Assembly (NCBI GenBank): GCA_965213685.1
Contig: CBDBZY010000044.1
Location: 128,001 to 192,000 of the forward strand
DNA: 64,000 nt
Reading direction: 5' to 3'
Origin: a bacterium
Lineage (GTDB): Bacteria; UBA8248
Below, one piece after another: positions 9,592 through 19,999 of the stretch. The translations under genes were made by a program, and so were the position numbers. A model generated the notes under the pieces. The model was not told the origin of the DNA. It did not search any database and saw nothing but the letters and a program-made list of their open reading frames with translations. How positions within the stretch are numbered: position 1 is the stretch's first letter; each line of letters begins with the position of its first letter.

Positions 9592-10191
9592 GTGGCGTTG
9601 ATACGGTTTCCCCATTCCGAGGAGGACGAGCGTTTCGAGTTCTCGCCGGAGAATCGCGCGGAGCTGGACCGCGTGATCGCCAAATATCCGGTCAAGCGCT
9701 CCGCCCTCATCCCCGCGCTGCAGCTGGCCCAGAAGCAGGCGGGCTTCATCACCAGCGCGGCCATGCGGCACGTGGCCGGCATTTTCGACGTCTCCCCCAT
9801 GGAGGTGTGGGGGGTGGTGAGCTTCTACACCATGCTCAAGACCCGGCCCGTCGGGGAGTTCCACGTGCAGGTGTGCAACAACCTCTCCTGCGCGCTGATG
9901 GGGGCGGGCAGGCTGCTGCGGTGGATTGAAAAACGCCTGGATTGCGAGGCCGGCCAGACGCGCGCGGACGGGAGGTTCTCGGTCGAGGCGGTCGAATGCC
10001 TGGGCGCCTGCGGCGGCGCGCCCTGCGTGCAAATCAACGAGGATTATTTTGAGGGCGCAACGCCCGAGCTCATGGAGGAGATTCTGGGCGCGCTGGAAAG
10101 GGGCGAGGCCGTCTCGCCGGTCGGGGCGGATGCGGTGGTCTCGCCCGCCGTCGCTGGGGCTGAGGAGCCGGCCGGCGGCGCGGAAGGCTAA
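9592..10191 (+). CDS. nuoE: NADH-quinone oxidoreductase subunit E
   Basis: CNNLSC...ECLGACGGAP 2Fe-2S ligands. Confidence 0.95.
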   Translation: MALIRFPHSEEDERFEFSPENRAELDRVIAKYPVKRSALIPALQLAQKQAGFITSAAMRHVAGIFDVSPMEVWGVVSFYTMLKTRPVGEFHVQVCNNLSCALMGAGRLLRWIEKRLDCEAGQTRADGRFSVEAVECLGACGGAPCVQINEDYFEGATPELMEEILGALERGEAVSPVGADAVVSPAVAGAEEPAGGAEG

Positions 10192-10203
10192 GGGGAGCGA
10201 AGG

Positions 10204-11508
10204 ATGGCGCTGGTTTTGGAGAAAATCGTGACGGGCCGCTTCGACAATTCCGCCGCCCCCCATATCGCGGGCTACGAGGCCTCGAGTGGGTATGAGGCGA
10301 TTCGGCGGCTCCTCGGTGGGGTCGCGCCCGCCGACGTCGTCGAACTCGTCAAGGCGTCGGGCCTGCGCGGACGCGGCGGGGCGGGCTTTCCCTGCGGCCT
10401 GAAGTGGAGTTTCGTGCCCCAGGTGGAGGGGCCGAAATACCTGGCCGTCAACGCGGACGAGGGGGAGCCCGGCACGTTCAAGGATCGGGAGTTGATGCTG
10501 CGCGACCCGCACCAGCTCATCGAGGGCATCCTCATCGCCTGCTACGCCGTGGGGATTGAGAAGGCCTACGTCTACATCCGGGGCGAGTTCGTCGCCCCCT
10601 GGCGCGCGGTGGAAAGAGCCCTGGCCGAAGCCTACGAGAGGGGATACGTCGGCCAGAACATTCTGGGCAGCGGCTTTTCGTGCGACATTTACACCCACCG
10701 GGGGGCCGGCGCCTACATTTGCGGCGAAGAGACGGGGCTGCTGGAATCGCTCGAGGGCAAGCGCGGACACCCGCGCCTCAAGCCGCCGTTTCCGGCGGTC
10801 GTCGGCCTCTATGCGCGGCCCACGGTCATCAACAACGTGGAGACCCTCTCGAACCTCCCCCACATCGTGAACAGGGGGGCGGAATGGTTCTCGGGCATCG
10901 GGATCGACGAGAAGAACGCGGGCACCCGCATGTATTGCGTCTCGGGACATGTGGCGAAGCCGGGCCTGTATGAGCTGCCGCTCGGCCTGACGTGCGAGGA
11001 GATGATTCACGAGCACTGCGGCGGGATGCGCGACGACGCCGCGCTCAAGGCGGTGATTCCCGGCGGTGCGAGCGCGCCCGTGCTCACCGCGCAGGAGGTG
11101 TATGAGGACAAGGTGACGATGGATTTCGACTCCCTCGCGCGGGCGGGCAGCATGGGCGGCAGCGGCGGCGTCATCGTCATGGACGAGACCACGTGCATGG
11201 TGCAGGCCGCGGGCCGGCTCGCCGCTTTTTTCGAGCACGAATCCTGCGGGCAGTGCTCCGTGTGCCGGGAGGGAACCGGCTGGGTTTCGGAGATACTCGG
11301 CCGCCTGGAGAGGGGCGCGGGAAGGGACGATGACCTGGAGACGCTCGCGTCGATCGACCCCAACATGCGGGGCAACACCATCTGCGTCCTCTCGGATGCG
11401 TGCGCCATGATGTTCGGCGCGTTCCTGGGGAAGTTTCGCGACGAGTTTGAAGCGCACATCTCTCTGGGCCGCTGTCCGCTGGGCAGCCCGTATCCCGCCG
11501 CGCTGTAG
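10204..11508 (+). CDS. nuoF: NADH-quinone oxidoreductase subunit F
   Basis: GRGGAGF, NADEGEPGTFKDR, YICGEET, ESCGQCSVCREG. Confidence 0.95.
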   Translation: MALVLEKIVTGRFDNSAAPHIAGYEASSGYEAIRRLLGGVAPADVVELVKASGLRGRGGAGFPCGLKWSFVPQVEGPKYLAVNADEGEPGTFKDRELMLRDPHQLIEGILIACYAVGIEKAYVYIRGEFVAPWRAVERALAEAYERGYVGQNILGSGFSCDIYTHRGAGAYICGEETGLLESLEGKRGHPRLKPPFPAVVGLYARPTVINNVETLSNLPHIVNRGAEWFSGIGIDEKNAGTRMYCVSGHVAKPGLYELPLGLTCEEMIHEHCGGMRDDAALKAVIPGGASAPVLTAQEVYEDKVTMDFDSLARAGSMGGSGGVIVMDETTCMVQAAGRLAAFFEHESCGQCSVCREGTGWVSEILGRLERGAGRDDDLETLASIDPNMRGNTICVLSDACAMMFGAFLGKFRDEFEAHISLGRCPLGSPYPAAL

Positions 11509-11526
11509 ATGGGGAGAGGCGATTCG

Positions 11527-14124
11527 ATGCCGAATGCGCAGGTAACGTTCGTGTTCAACGACCAGAGCGTCACCGTGGAGAGGGGCCTGCCCGTCCTGGA
11601 GGCGGCCCTCCGGACGGGCGCGCACATTCCGCATTTTTGCTATCACAAGAACCTCTCCATCGTGGGGCAGTGCCGCGCCTGTCTCGTGGAGGTGCTGGAC
11701 GCCGGCAACGGCCGGCCGATACCGAAACTCCAGCCCTCCTGCGCCACGCCGGCGGCCGAGGGGATGGTGGTCAGCTCGCAGACCCCGCGCGTCATCGAGG
11801 CGCAGGAGGGGGTGTTCGAGTTCCTGCTGAAAAACCACCCCCTCGATTGTCCGGTCTGCGATCAGGGCGGGGAATGCCCCCTCCAGGATCAGACCATGGC
11901 CTACGGCAAGGCGGTGAGCAGGACGCACGAGTTTCGCCGCGTGTATCCGCACAAGGAGATCAGCCCCTTCATCAAGCCGGAGATGAACCGCTGCGTGCAC
12001 TGCACCCGCTGCGTCCGCTTCGCCGAGGAGATCGACGGGGGCGCGGAGTTCGGCTGGGCACAGCGGGGCGACCGCACGGAGATCGGCATCTTCGAGGACT
12101 TGCCGCTGACGAGCGTCGTATCCGGCAACGTCATCGACATTTGCCCCGTCGGCGCGCTGACGGACAACAAGTATCGCTTCACCGCGCGCGTCTGGGAGAT
12201 GCGCGAGACCGAGGGGCCCTGCGCGTTGTGCAGCGTGGGCTGCCGCCAGAGCGTCTGGACGAAGGATGGCGAGATCAAGCGCGTGACGGCGGCGGAAAAC
12301 CCCCGGGTCAACGACACGTGGATTTGCGACGTCGCGCGCTACGGCTGGAGCGGGGCGCATGGCGGGGGGCGCGTCACCCGGCCGATGATTCGCAGGGACG
12401 GGCACCTGGTGCCGGTCGGCTGGGCGGAGGCGATCGGCGAGGTGGCCGCGCGCCTCGGCGCCATCCTGGCGAAGGAGGGCGGCCGTGCGATCGCCGGTTT
12501 GGGCGGCGCTTCCTCCACGAACGAGACCGCGTATCAGTTCGGCGCGTTCATGCGCTCGGTTCTGGGAACCAACCACCTCGACAGCCGGCTTCATCCGCGC
12601 GACATCGCGCAGACGGACGTCCAGCGCGCGGCCTTCGGCGGCGTCGGCGGCGTCGGCACCATAGAGCGTCTGGGCCGCTCGAAGGCCATTCTCATCGTGG
12701 GGAGCGACCCGTTCGCCCAGCATCCGATACTCGCGCTCCAGATCAGGAAGGCGCACAGGGCGGGCGCCGTCATCGTCAACGTGAACCAGAGGCGCATCGA
12801 CCTGCGCGTCTCGGGACGGACCCATCATCTGGTGCCCCTGCCGGGGGGCGTCTCGCGCACGCTGCGGGCGCTGGCGAAATGCCTTCTGGACGGCGGCGCG
12901 AAGCCGGAGGGGGCGAACGCGGATGCGTACGCAGGCCTCCTCGCCGATGCGGACGCGCACCGCCTCTGCGAGGAGGCAGACGTGGCGAGCGGCGACGTCA
13001 TGGCCGCGGCCGCGGCGATTCTCGAGGCGGGCGGCGAGGCGAGCGTGCTCTCCGGCCCGGGGGAGACGGGGCGGGTCGCCGTCTCGGAGGCGGTGAACCT
13101 GGGGCTGCTGCTTCGCGCCAACGCGCTTTTCGCGGCTGGCTCCCCGAACCTCCAGGGAGCGATGGACATGGGGCTGCACCCCGAGGCATTGCCCGGGGGC
13201 CGCTTCTCGGACGAGGGCGCGCGCGCCGCCTGCGAGGCGGCCTGGGGCAGGCCGCTGAACCCGGAGGCCGGGAAGGACGCGAACGGCATCCTCGAGGGAC
13301 TCCGGCGCGGGGATTTGAAAGGGCTGTATCTTCTGGGGTGCGACCCGGTGGCGGAGCGTCCGGACGGCGCGCGCGCGCGCGAGGCGCTGGCCGCGGCCGG
13401 TTTCGTCGCGCTGCAGACCTCCCACCTCAACGCGAGCGCCGAGTTCGCCGACGTTGTCATTCCCGCGCCGACGCTGTATGAGGAGGCGGGAAGCCTCACG
13501 AACCTGGAGCGCAGGGCGCAGCGCCTGGACCGCACCCTCAGACCGACGCTCGACAAGATGACGCCCGAGGCGTGGCGGGCGTTGGCCGATATCGCCAAGG
13601 CGATGGAGCGGCCCCTGCGGGCGGCCTCCCTGGAGCGGATTCAGTCCCAGGCGCGGGTGCTGCTCCCCGATTACGCGAACGCCTTTGGCCGCATCCCCGA
13701 GGAGGGGCTGCACCTGGGCAGGCCGGGGAGGGGGACCTATCAGTTGACGCGGATTCCGGAGAAAGAGGCGCCCGCCCCGGGCTTGCGCATGCTTCTGACG
13801 CCCGTCTTGTGGCTCTCGGGGGCGTATGCGGCGTCGGCGCATCACCTGGCCGACATGCCCGGGGCCGCCCTCGCCCTCTCGCCGACCGACGCGGAGAGCC
13901 TGGGCCTGGCGGATGGGGACGTCGTGGAATTCGAGGCGGGCGGCGAGGCCGTCACCCTCCCCATACGGACCGACGGGAACGCGCCCGTGGGCGTCGCCTT
14001 CGCCCCGGAGGGGTATTTGCGCGCGCACGGGGGTTCTGTCCTCAACGCGGGCGACGCGCCGGGCCGCCAGGGGGTGCGGATTCGGGTGCGAAAAGCGGCG
14101 GGTGCGCAGGAGGCGGGGGCGTAG
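11527..14124 (+). CDS. nuoG: NADH-quinone oxidoreductase subunit G
   Basis: FCYH..GQCRAC, HPLDCPVCDQGGEC, CVHCTRC, N7-type CALCSVGC...C. Confidence 0.95.
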   Translation: MPNAQVTFVFNDQSVTVERGLPVLEAALRTGAHIPHFCYHKNLSIVGQCRACLVEVLDAGNGRPIPKLQPSCATPAAEGMVVSSQTPRVIEAQEGVFEFLLKNHPLDCPVCDQGGECPLQDQTMAYGKAVSRTHEFRRVYPHKEISPFIKPEMNRCVHCTRCVRFAEEIDGGAEFGWAQRGDRTEIGIFEDLPLTSVVSGNVIDICPVGALTDNKYRFTARVWEMRETEGPCALCSVGCRQSVWTKDGEIKRVTAAENPRVNDTWICDVARYGWSGAHGGGRVTRPMIRRDGHLVPVGWAEAIGEVAARLGAILAKEGGRAIAGLGGASSTNETAYQFGAFMRSVLGTNHLDSRLHPRDIAQTDVQRAAFGGVGGVGTIERLGRSKAILIVGSDPFAQHPILALQIRKAHRAGAVIVNVNQRRIDLRVSGRTHHLVPLPGGVSRTLRALAKCLLDGGAKPEGANADAYAGLLADADAHRLCEEADVASGDVMAAAAAILEAGGEASVLSGPGETGRVAVSEAVNLGLLLRANALFAAGSPNLQGAMDMGLHPEALPGGRFSDEGARAACEAAWGRPLNPEAGKDANGILEGLRRGDLKGLYLLGCDPVAERPDGARAREALAAAGFVALQTSHLNASAEFADVVIPAPTLYEEAGSLTNLERRAQRLDRTLRPTLDKMTPEAWRALADIAKAMERPLRAASLERIQSQARVLLPDYANAFGRIPEEGLHLGRPGRGTYQLTRIPEKEAPAPGLRMLLTPVLWLSGAYAASAHHLADMPGAALALSPTDAESLGLADGDVVEFEAGGEAVTLPIRTDGNAPVGVAFAPEGYLRAHGGSVLNAGDAPGRQGVRIRVRKAAGAQEAGA

Positions 14125-14126
14125 GG

Positions 14127-15107
14127 ATGGTTTCGCTGGTCATCGTCATCGGGAAGGTGCTCGTGGGCTTTGGCGGGCTTTTGCTGCTCGCCGCCTACAT
14201 GACCTGGATGGAGCGCCGCGTGTTCGCGCTCGTGCAGGTGCGCGTGGGGCCCAACCGGGTGGGTCCGGCGGGGCTGCTTCAGCCCATCGCCGACGGCATC
14301 AAGCTCATGTTCAAGGAGAGCATCATTCCCGATCAGGCCGACAAGGCGATTTACGTTCTGGCGCCGGCCATCACGCTCATCCCGGCGCTGGCCGCCTTCG
14401 CCGTGGTGCCCTTCGGGGATTCCGTGACGGTGCTCGGCCAGAAGGTGGATCTGGTGCTGGCCGACGTCAACGTCGGCATCCTCTACGTCTTCGCCCTGGC
14501 GGGCATCGGCGTGTATGGCATCGTGCTCGGCTCCTGGGCGTCGAACAGCAAGTATCCGCTCTTGGGCGGGTTGCGCTCGGCGGCGCAGCTGATCAGCTAC
14601 GAGCTGTCGCTCGGCATGTCGCTTCTGGGCGTCGTCATGCTCTCGGGCACCCTGAGCCTCAAGGGAATCGTGGACGCCCAGGCCTCCATGCCCTACGTCG
14701 TCTTGCAGCCCCTGGGCTTCTTGCTCTTCATCATCTGCATGCTGGCGGAGACGAACCGCGCGCCCTTCGATTTGCCCGAGGCCGAAAGCGAACTCACCGG
14801 CGGCTTTCACACCGAATACAGCAGCATGCACTTCGCGATTTATTTCCTCGCCGAGTATTGCAGCATGATCACGCTCTCGGCCGTGGGCGCGACCTTTTTC
14901 CTGGGCGGATGGCGCGGGCCGCTGCTGCCGCCCGTCGCGTGGTTCCTGATCAAGGTGCTGGCGTTCATGTTCTTCTTCATGTGGCTACGCGCCTCCACGC
15001 CGCGCCTGCGCTATGACCAGCTGATGGGCTTCGGGTGGAAGGTGCTCCTGCCGCTGGCCATCCTGAACGTGGTGCTCACGGCCGGCGCAATCGTTTTCAT
15101 AGGCTAG
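14127..15107 (+). CDS. nuoH: NADH-quinone oxidoreductase subunit H (copy 1)
   Basis: [46 protein letters not shown]. Confidence 0.95.
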   Translation: MVSLVIVIGKVLVGFGGLLLLAAYMTWMERRVFALVQVRVGPNRVGPAGLLQPIADGIKLMFKESIIPDQADKAIYVLAPAITLIPALAAFAVVPFGDSVTVLGQKVDLVLADVNVGILYVFALAGIGVYGIVLGSWASNSKYPLLGGLRSAAQLISYELSLGMSLLGVVMLSGTLSLKGIVDAQASMPYVVLQPLGFLLFIICMLAETNRAPFDLPEAESELTGGFHTEYSSMHFAIYFLAEYCSMITLSAVGATFFLGGWRGPLLPPVAWFLIKVLAFMFFFMWLRASTPRLRYDQLMGFGWKVLLPLAILNVVLTAGAIVFIG

Positions 15108-15133
15108 CGGGCCGCTCGCATGGGAGGGGTGTC

Positions 15134-15613
15134 ATGTTAGGCGAGATTTTCAGGGGATTGTGGCTGACGCTGCGGCACTCCTTCAAGAGCCGGGAGACGG
15201 TGCAGTACCCCGACGCGAGGGAGGAGATGCCCGTGGGCTACCGCGGCCTGCACAAGCTGCTGCGGTGGGAGGACGGCCTGGAGCGTTGCGTGGGCTGCAA
15301 GCTCTGCTCGGCGGCGTGTCCGGTGGACTGCATCTACGTGGAGTCGGAGGAGAACGACCCCTCGGCGCCCACCTCGAAGGGCGAGCGCTACGCCAGCGTG
15401 TACGAGATCAACGAACTGCGCTGCATCTTTTGCGGATACTGCGAGGAGGCCTGCCCGGTCGGCGCGGTCGTTCTGGGCAACGAATACGAATTTTGCCAGG
15501 ACGACCGAGGCAAGTTCCTCTACGCCAAGGACGACTTGCTGGTGGGGCGGACGGCGGACTATCCGGAGCTGCACGCCCGCTATGACGAGAAAAACCTGCT
15601 CACGTATGTCTAG
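15134..15613 (+). CDS. nuoI: NADH-quinone oxidoreductase subunit I
   Basis: Two CxxCxxCxxxCP motifs (CVGCKLCSAACP, CIFCGYCEEACP). Confidence 0.95.
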   Translation: MLGEIFRGLWLTLRHSFKSRETVQYPDAREEMPVGYRGLHKLLRWEDGLERCVGCKLCSAACPVDCIYVESEENDPSAPTSKGERYASVYEINELRCIFCGYCEEACPVGAVVLGNEYEFCQDDRGKFLYAKDDLLVGRTADYPELHARYDEKNLLTYV

Positions 15614-15658
15614 GGTTCGATTGCAAGCGGGCGCCCGCCCGCTGGAGGATGGGCGGTA

Positions 15659-16177
15659 GTGGCCGGTTCCCTGTTCTTTTATTTCCTGGCGGCGGTGACG
15701 ACGGCGGGCGCGGTGGCCGTCGTCGCGTTCCCGAACCCGCTGTACAGCGTGCTCGCGCTGGTTCTGACCTTCCTGGGACTCGCCGGCCTGTATCTTTCGC
15801 TCCACGCGCAGTTCGTCGCCATCGTTCAGGTGATCATCTACGCCAGCGCGATCATGATGCTCTTCCTGTTCGTGGTGATGCTGATTCAGCTGGGCCGCGA
15901 GCAGAGGCGGGAGTTGCGGCTGCCCGCCCAGAAGCTGCTGGGCGTCGTGGCGGGGGTCGCCATCTTCAGCGTGCTGCTGAAAATCTTTTTGTCCGCCCCC
16001 GTCCTGACCGGCAAGAAGGGGCGCTTCTCCCCCGAGCGCGTGGACGAGCTCGGCAACACGCAGGTCATCGGGAATCTTCTGTTGACGGATTACGTCCTGC
16101 CCTTCCAGGCCATGGGCGTGCTGCTGTTCGTGGGGGTCGTGGGCGCCGTGGTGCTGGCGCGGCGGCGCAGCCGCTAG
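15659..16177 (+). CDS. nuoJ: NADH-quinone oxidoreductase subunit J (copy 1)
   Basis: AQFVAIVQVIIYASAIMMLFLFVVML, YVLPF; operon position. Confidence 0.92.
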   Translation: MAGSLFFYFLAAVTTAGAVAVVAFPNPLYSVLALVLTFLGLAGLYLSLHAQFVAIVQVIIYASAIMMLFLFVVMLIQLGREQRRELRLPAQKLLGVVAGVAIFSVLLKIFLSAPVLTGKKGRFSPERVDELGNTQVIGNLLLTDYVLPFQAMGVLLFVGVVGAVVLARRRSR

Positions 16178-16192
16178 GGGGAGCGTGTGGGC

Positions 16193-16495
16193 ATGGCGCC
16201 ACTGGAGCATTATCTGGTTCTCAGCGCGGTGCTGTTCTGCCTCGGCGTCGTCGGCGTCGTGGTGCGCAGAAACGCCCTCGTCGTCATCCTGTGCATCGAG
16301 CTGATGATGAACGGGGCGAACCTGGCGTTCGTGGCCTACGGCCGTTTCCTGGATTCGATGGCGGGCCAGATGGTCGTGTTCTTCGTGATGGCGGTGGCCG
16401 CGGCGGAGGCCGCCATCGGCCTGGCCATCGTGGTGCTGATATACAGGAACCGCGAGTCCACCGACCTCGACGAGATCAACCTGCTGAAGCTATAG
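16193..16495 (+). CDS. nuoK: NADH-quinone oxidoreductase subunit K (copy 1)
   Basis: RRNA..CIELMMN, VAAAEAAIGLAI. Confidence 0.95.
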   Translation: MAPLEHYLVLSAVLFCLGVVGVVVRRNALVVILCIELMMNGANLAFVAYGRFLDSMAGQMVVFFVMAVAAAEAAIGLAIVVLIYRNRESTDLDEINLLKL

Positions 16496-16508
16496 AAGCG
16501 AAGGGATC

Positions 16509-18410
16509 ATGGATAGCCTGACGCTCATATTGCTGTTTCCGCTCATCGGCCTTCTGGCGAACCTCCTCTTCGGCTGGAGGCGCGGGGAGAGGTTCGCCGG
16601 CGGGGTGGCGACGCTCGCGATGGCGCTTTCGTTCGTCGCCTCCGCCGTGAGTTTTCTCCGCCTGCTGGAGATGCCCGCGCGGGGCCGCCTCATCCGCGTC
16701 GCCTGGTTCGACTGGATCACCGTCGGCGGCTTCGAGATCAAGGCGGGCTTCGCGCTCGACCCCCTCTCCTCGGTGATGGCGCTCGTCGTCACCGGGGTCG
16801 GGGCGCTGATCCACCTCTACTCGATGGGCTACATGCACGGCGACCGCGGGGCGGTTCGCTATTTCATCTACCTGAATCTCTTCTCTCTCTCCATGCTCAC
16901 CCTGGTGCTGGCCGATAATTTTCTGGTGATGTTCGTGGGCTGGGAGGCGGTGGGCCTTTGCAGCTATCTGCTGATAGGCTTCTGGTATGAGCGTAGCGCG
17001 GCGGCCGAGGCCGGCAAGAAGGCCTTCGTCGTGAACCGGGTGGGTGATTTCTGCTTTTTGATCGCGCTTTTTTACATCTACAGCGTATTCGGCTCGCTGG
17101 ATTTTTCGGCGGTGTTCTCCAAGGCGCCCCTGCTGCTGGCCCCGGAGAGCGCGGCGGCGACCGTCATCTGCCTGCTGCTGTTCGCTGGTGCCACCGGCAA
17201 GAGCGCGCAGATCCCCCTCTACGTGTGGCTGCCCGACGCGATGGAGGGCCCCACTCCGGTCAGTGCACTCATACACGCGGCCACCATGGTGACGGCGGGC
17301 GTGTATATGGTGGCGAGAGCGCACGCGCTGTTCGAGCTGTCCGCGACGGCGATGCTGGTGGTGGCCGCCGTGGGGGCGCTCACCCTCCTGATGGCGGCGT
17401 CGGTCGCCCTGGTGCAGAACGACATCAAGAAGGTGCTCGCCTACAGCACGGTGAGCCAGCTGGGCTACATGTTCCTCGCCTGCGGGGTCGGCGCGTTCTC
17501 CGCTGGGGTCTTTCATCTGATGACCCATGCGTTTTTCAAGGCGCTTCTCTTCCTGGGGGCGGGGAGCGTGATTCACGCCCTCGGCGGCGAGCAGGACATT
17601 CGCAGGATGGGCGGGCTGCTGGCGGCGCTCCCGAAGACGAGCCTGACCTTCCTCATTGGCGCGCTCGCCATTGCGGGGGTCTTCCCCTTTGCCGGCTTTT
17701 TCAGCAAGGACGCGATCCTCTACGCCGCCATGACCTCCGAGCGCGGCGGCATCCTCCTGTGGCTGGCGGGCGCGGCGGGCGCGTTGATGACCGCGTTTTA
17801 CATGTTCCGGCTCTTGTTCCGGGTGTTCTTTGGCCGCTGCATGTTGAGTCTGGAGGAACAGGAGCGGGTTCACGAATCTCCGCGAAACATGACGGTTCCG
17901 CTCCAGGCGCTGGCGGCGCTCTCCATCGTCGGCGGCTGGGTGGGGATTCCCCTCATCGCGGGGGCGAACGTGTTTGGCGATTTCCTCGCCCCCGTCTTCG
18001 GCGGCTCCGGGGAGGCGCATCATGAGGCGGTCTTCGAGATTCTGATGATGGCGGTATCGCTGGTCATCGCGGGCATCGGCATCTACGCGGCCTACAATTT
18101 TTACATTCTGGGCAGCGGCGGCGGCGCCTGCGTCCAGCTCTGGCCGCGCCTCTTCAGGCTTCTGCAGAACAAGTATTACGTGGACGAGATATACGACGCC
18201 CGCATCGTGCAGCCGGTGAAGCGGGCGTCGATTTGGTGCTGGAGGGCCTTTGAGGACGGCCTGGTGGACGCGGCCGTGAACGGCGCGGGCGTATTCGTGC
18301 GCTCCCTGGGCGGCGTCCTGCGGCGCCTGCAGACGGGCTACGTGAAAAGCTACGCCGTTTCGATGCTGGTTGGCGCGTTGGCGATGTTGCTGTATCTGAC
18401 GGCGCGCTGA
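16509..18410 (+). CDS. nuoL: NADH-quinone oxidoreductase subunit L (copy 1)
   Basis: GKSAQIPLYVWLPDAMEGPTPVSALIHAATMV. Confidence 0.95.
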   Translation: MDSLTLILLFPLIGLLANLLFGWRRGERFAGGVATLAMALSFVASAVSFLRLLEMPARGRLIRVAWFDWITVGGFEIKAGFALDPLSSVMALVVTGVGALIHLYSMGYMHGDRGAVRYFIYLNLFSLSMLTLVLADNFLVMFVGWEAVGLCSYLLIGFWYERSAAAEAGKKAFVVNRVGDFCFLIALFYIYSVFGSLDFSAVFSKAPLLLAPESAAATVICLLLFAGATGKSAQIPLYVWLPDAMEGPTPVSALIHAATMVTAGVYMVARAHALFELSATAMLVVAAVGALTLLMAASVALVQNDIKKVLAYSTVSQLGYMFLACGVGAFSAGVFHLMTHAFFKALLFLGAGSVIHALGGEQDIRRMGGLLAALPKTSLTFLIGALAIAGVFPFAGFFSKDAILYAAMTSERGGILLWLAGAAGALMTAFYMFRLLFRVFFGRCMLSLEEQERVHESPRNMTVPLQALAALSIVGGWVGIPLIAGANVFGDFLAPVFGGSGEAHHEAVFEILMMAVSLVIAGIGIYAAYNFYILGSGGGACVQLWPRLFRLLQNKYYVDEIYDARIVQPVKRASIWCWRAFEDGLVDAAVNGAGVFVRSLGGVLRRLQTGYVKSYAVSMLVGALAMLLYLTAR

Positions 18411-18446
18411 TGGTTCTTTGACCTGCCGGGGGAGCGTGAGAGGCCA

Positions 18447-19997
18447 GTGCCTGGAATGATCACCGCGATATTGTTTTTGCCCCTGGCGGGGGGGCTGCTC
18501 CTCGGGTTCGCGCGCGAGGGAGGCCCAAGGGGGGGGGCGCGCGCGTTCGCCCTGGCGGTCTCGCTGGCCGCGTTTGTCCTCTCCGTGCTGATGTATGCCG
18601 CGTTCCGGCCCGAAGCCTCGGGGATGCAGTTCGTGGAACAGGCCGAATGGATTCCCATGTTCGGCATTTCCTACAAGGTGGGCGTGGACGGCATCAGCCT
18701 GCCGCTCGTCATGCTGACCACCTTTCTGATGCCCATCGCGATTCTCTTCTCCTTTGACGACGTGCGGCACAAGACGCGGCTCTACTACATGTCCCTGCTG
18801 TTTCTGGAAACGGGGATGCTCGGCGTGTTCTTCGCCCTCGACTTCTTCTTGTTCTACGTCTTCTGGGAAGGGATGCTGATTCCGATGTATCTCGTCATCG
18901 GGGTCTGGGGCGGGGGCCGCCGGATTTACGCGGCCGTGAAGTTCTTCCTGTACACCATGGCGGGAAGCGTGCTGATGCTGGTGGCGATCATCTGGCTGTA
19001 TTTCGTGAACGACATCGGCACGTTCGACATACTGGCGCATTTCCGGGAGCCGGTGGACGCCGCCCTGCAGCCGTGGCTGTTCGCCGCCTTCGCGATATCT
19101 TTCGCCATCAAGGTGCCGGTTTTCCCGTTTCACACCTGGCTGCCCGACGCCCACGTGGAGGCGCCCACGGCGGGAAGCGTCATCCTCGCCGGCGTCCTCC
19201 TCAAGATGGGCACCTACGGCTTCATGCGGCTGGCGATGCCGCTGTTCCCGACGGCGGCGCACGAGTTCGCGGCCTTCATGATGTTCCTGGCGGTGGTGGG
19301 GATTATCTATGGCGCGCTCATGGCCATGGTGCAGACCGACGTGAAGAAGCTCGTGGCCTACTCCTCGGTGAGTCATCTGGGCTTCGTGATCCTGGGCCTT
19401 TTCTCCTTCAACCTCCTGGGCGCGTCCGGCAGCGTGCTGCAGATGGTGAACCACGGCATCAGCAGCGGGGCGCTCTTCCTGCTCGTGGGCTTCATCTACA
19501 TGCGGCGGCATACGAGGCGGATCGAGGATTTCGGCGGCCTCATCCGGGTGATGCCCGTCTTCTCGGCGTTTTTCATCATCACGGCGCTGAGCAGCATCGG
19601 CCTTCCCGGGCTGAACGGGTTCGTGGGCGAGTTCACGATTCTGCTGGGCGCGTTCGAGCGCAGCGTCTGGTTCGCCGTCTTCGCGGCGTCCGGCGTCGTC
19701 CTGTCGTCCGTCTATATGTTGTGGATGCTGCAGCGCGTCCTGTTCGGCGAGGTGCGGGTGCGCGCGAACCTGGGGCTTTCCGACATGAGCCGGCGCGAGT
19801 GGATCATCATGCTGCCCCTGGTCGCGCTCATGTTCTGGATAGGCCTCTACCCCAAGCCCCTGCTCGGCCGCATCGAGCCGTCGGCCCAGGCGTGGCTCTC
19901 GCAGGTGAACCGGCGGGTGCTGCGCGTGGAGGGCGCGCCCGGGCTCGACGCGGGGAGAAGCAAAATGGCGCACGTTCGGAAAATCGAGGTGAAATAG
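18447..19997 (+). CDS. nuoM: NADH-quinone oxidoreductase subunit M (copy 1)
   Basis: FYVFWE, KVPVFPFHTWLPDAHVEAPTAGS, LLKMG. Confidence 0.95.
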   Translation: MPGMITAILFLPLAGGLLLGFAREGGPRGGARAFALAVSLAAFVLSVLMYAAFRPEASGMQFVEQAEWIPMFGISYKVGVDGISLPLVMLTTFLMPIAILFSFDDVRHKTRLYYMSLLFLETGMLGVFFALDFFLFYVFWEGMLIPMYLVIGVWGGGRRIYAAVKFFLYTMAGSVLMLVAIIWLYFVNDIGTFDILAHFREPVDAALQPWLFAAFAISFAIKVPVFPFHTWLPDAHVEAPTAGSVILAGVLLKMGTYGFMRLAMPLFPTAAHEFAAFMMFLAVVGIIYGALMAMVQTDVKKLVAYSSVSHLGFVILGLFSFNLLGASGSVLQMVNHGISSGALFLLVGFIYMRRHTRRIEDFGGLIRVMPVFSAFFIITALSSIGLPGLNGFVGEFTILLGAFERSVWFAVFAASGVVLSSVYMLWMLQRVLFGEVRVRANLGLSDMSRREWIIMLPLVALMFWIGLYPKPLLGRIEPSAQAWLSQVNRRVLRVEGAPGLDAGRSKMAHVRKIEVK

Positions 19998-19999
19998 CT

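Noticed and set aside
18529-18537. G9 run in nuoM copy 1
   Set aside because: In frame, in a Gly-rich variable loop of a core gene; plausible by chance at this GC content.
9508-19973. Very long minus-strand ORFs (1506 aa and 1165 aa) and similar antisense ORFs elsewhere
   Set aside because: They mirror nuo and other real genes, show no recognisable motifs, and are expected shadows of high-GC codon bias.
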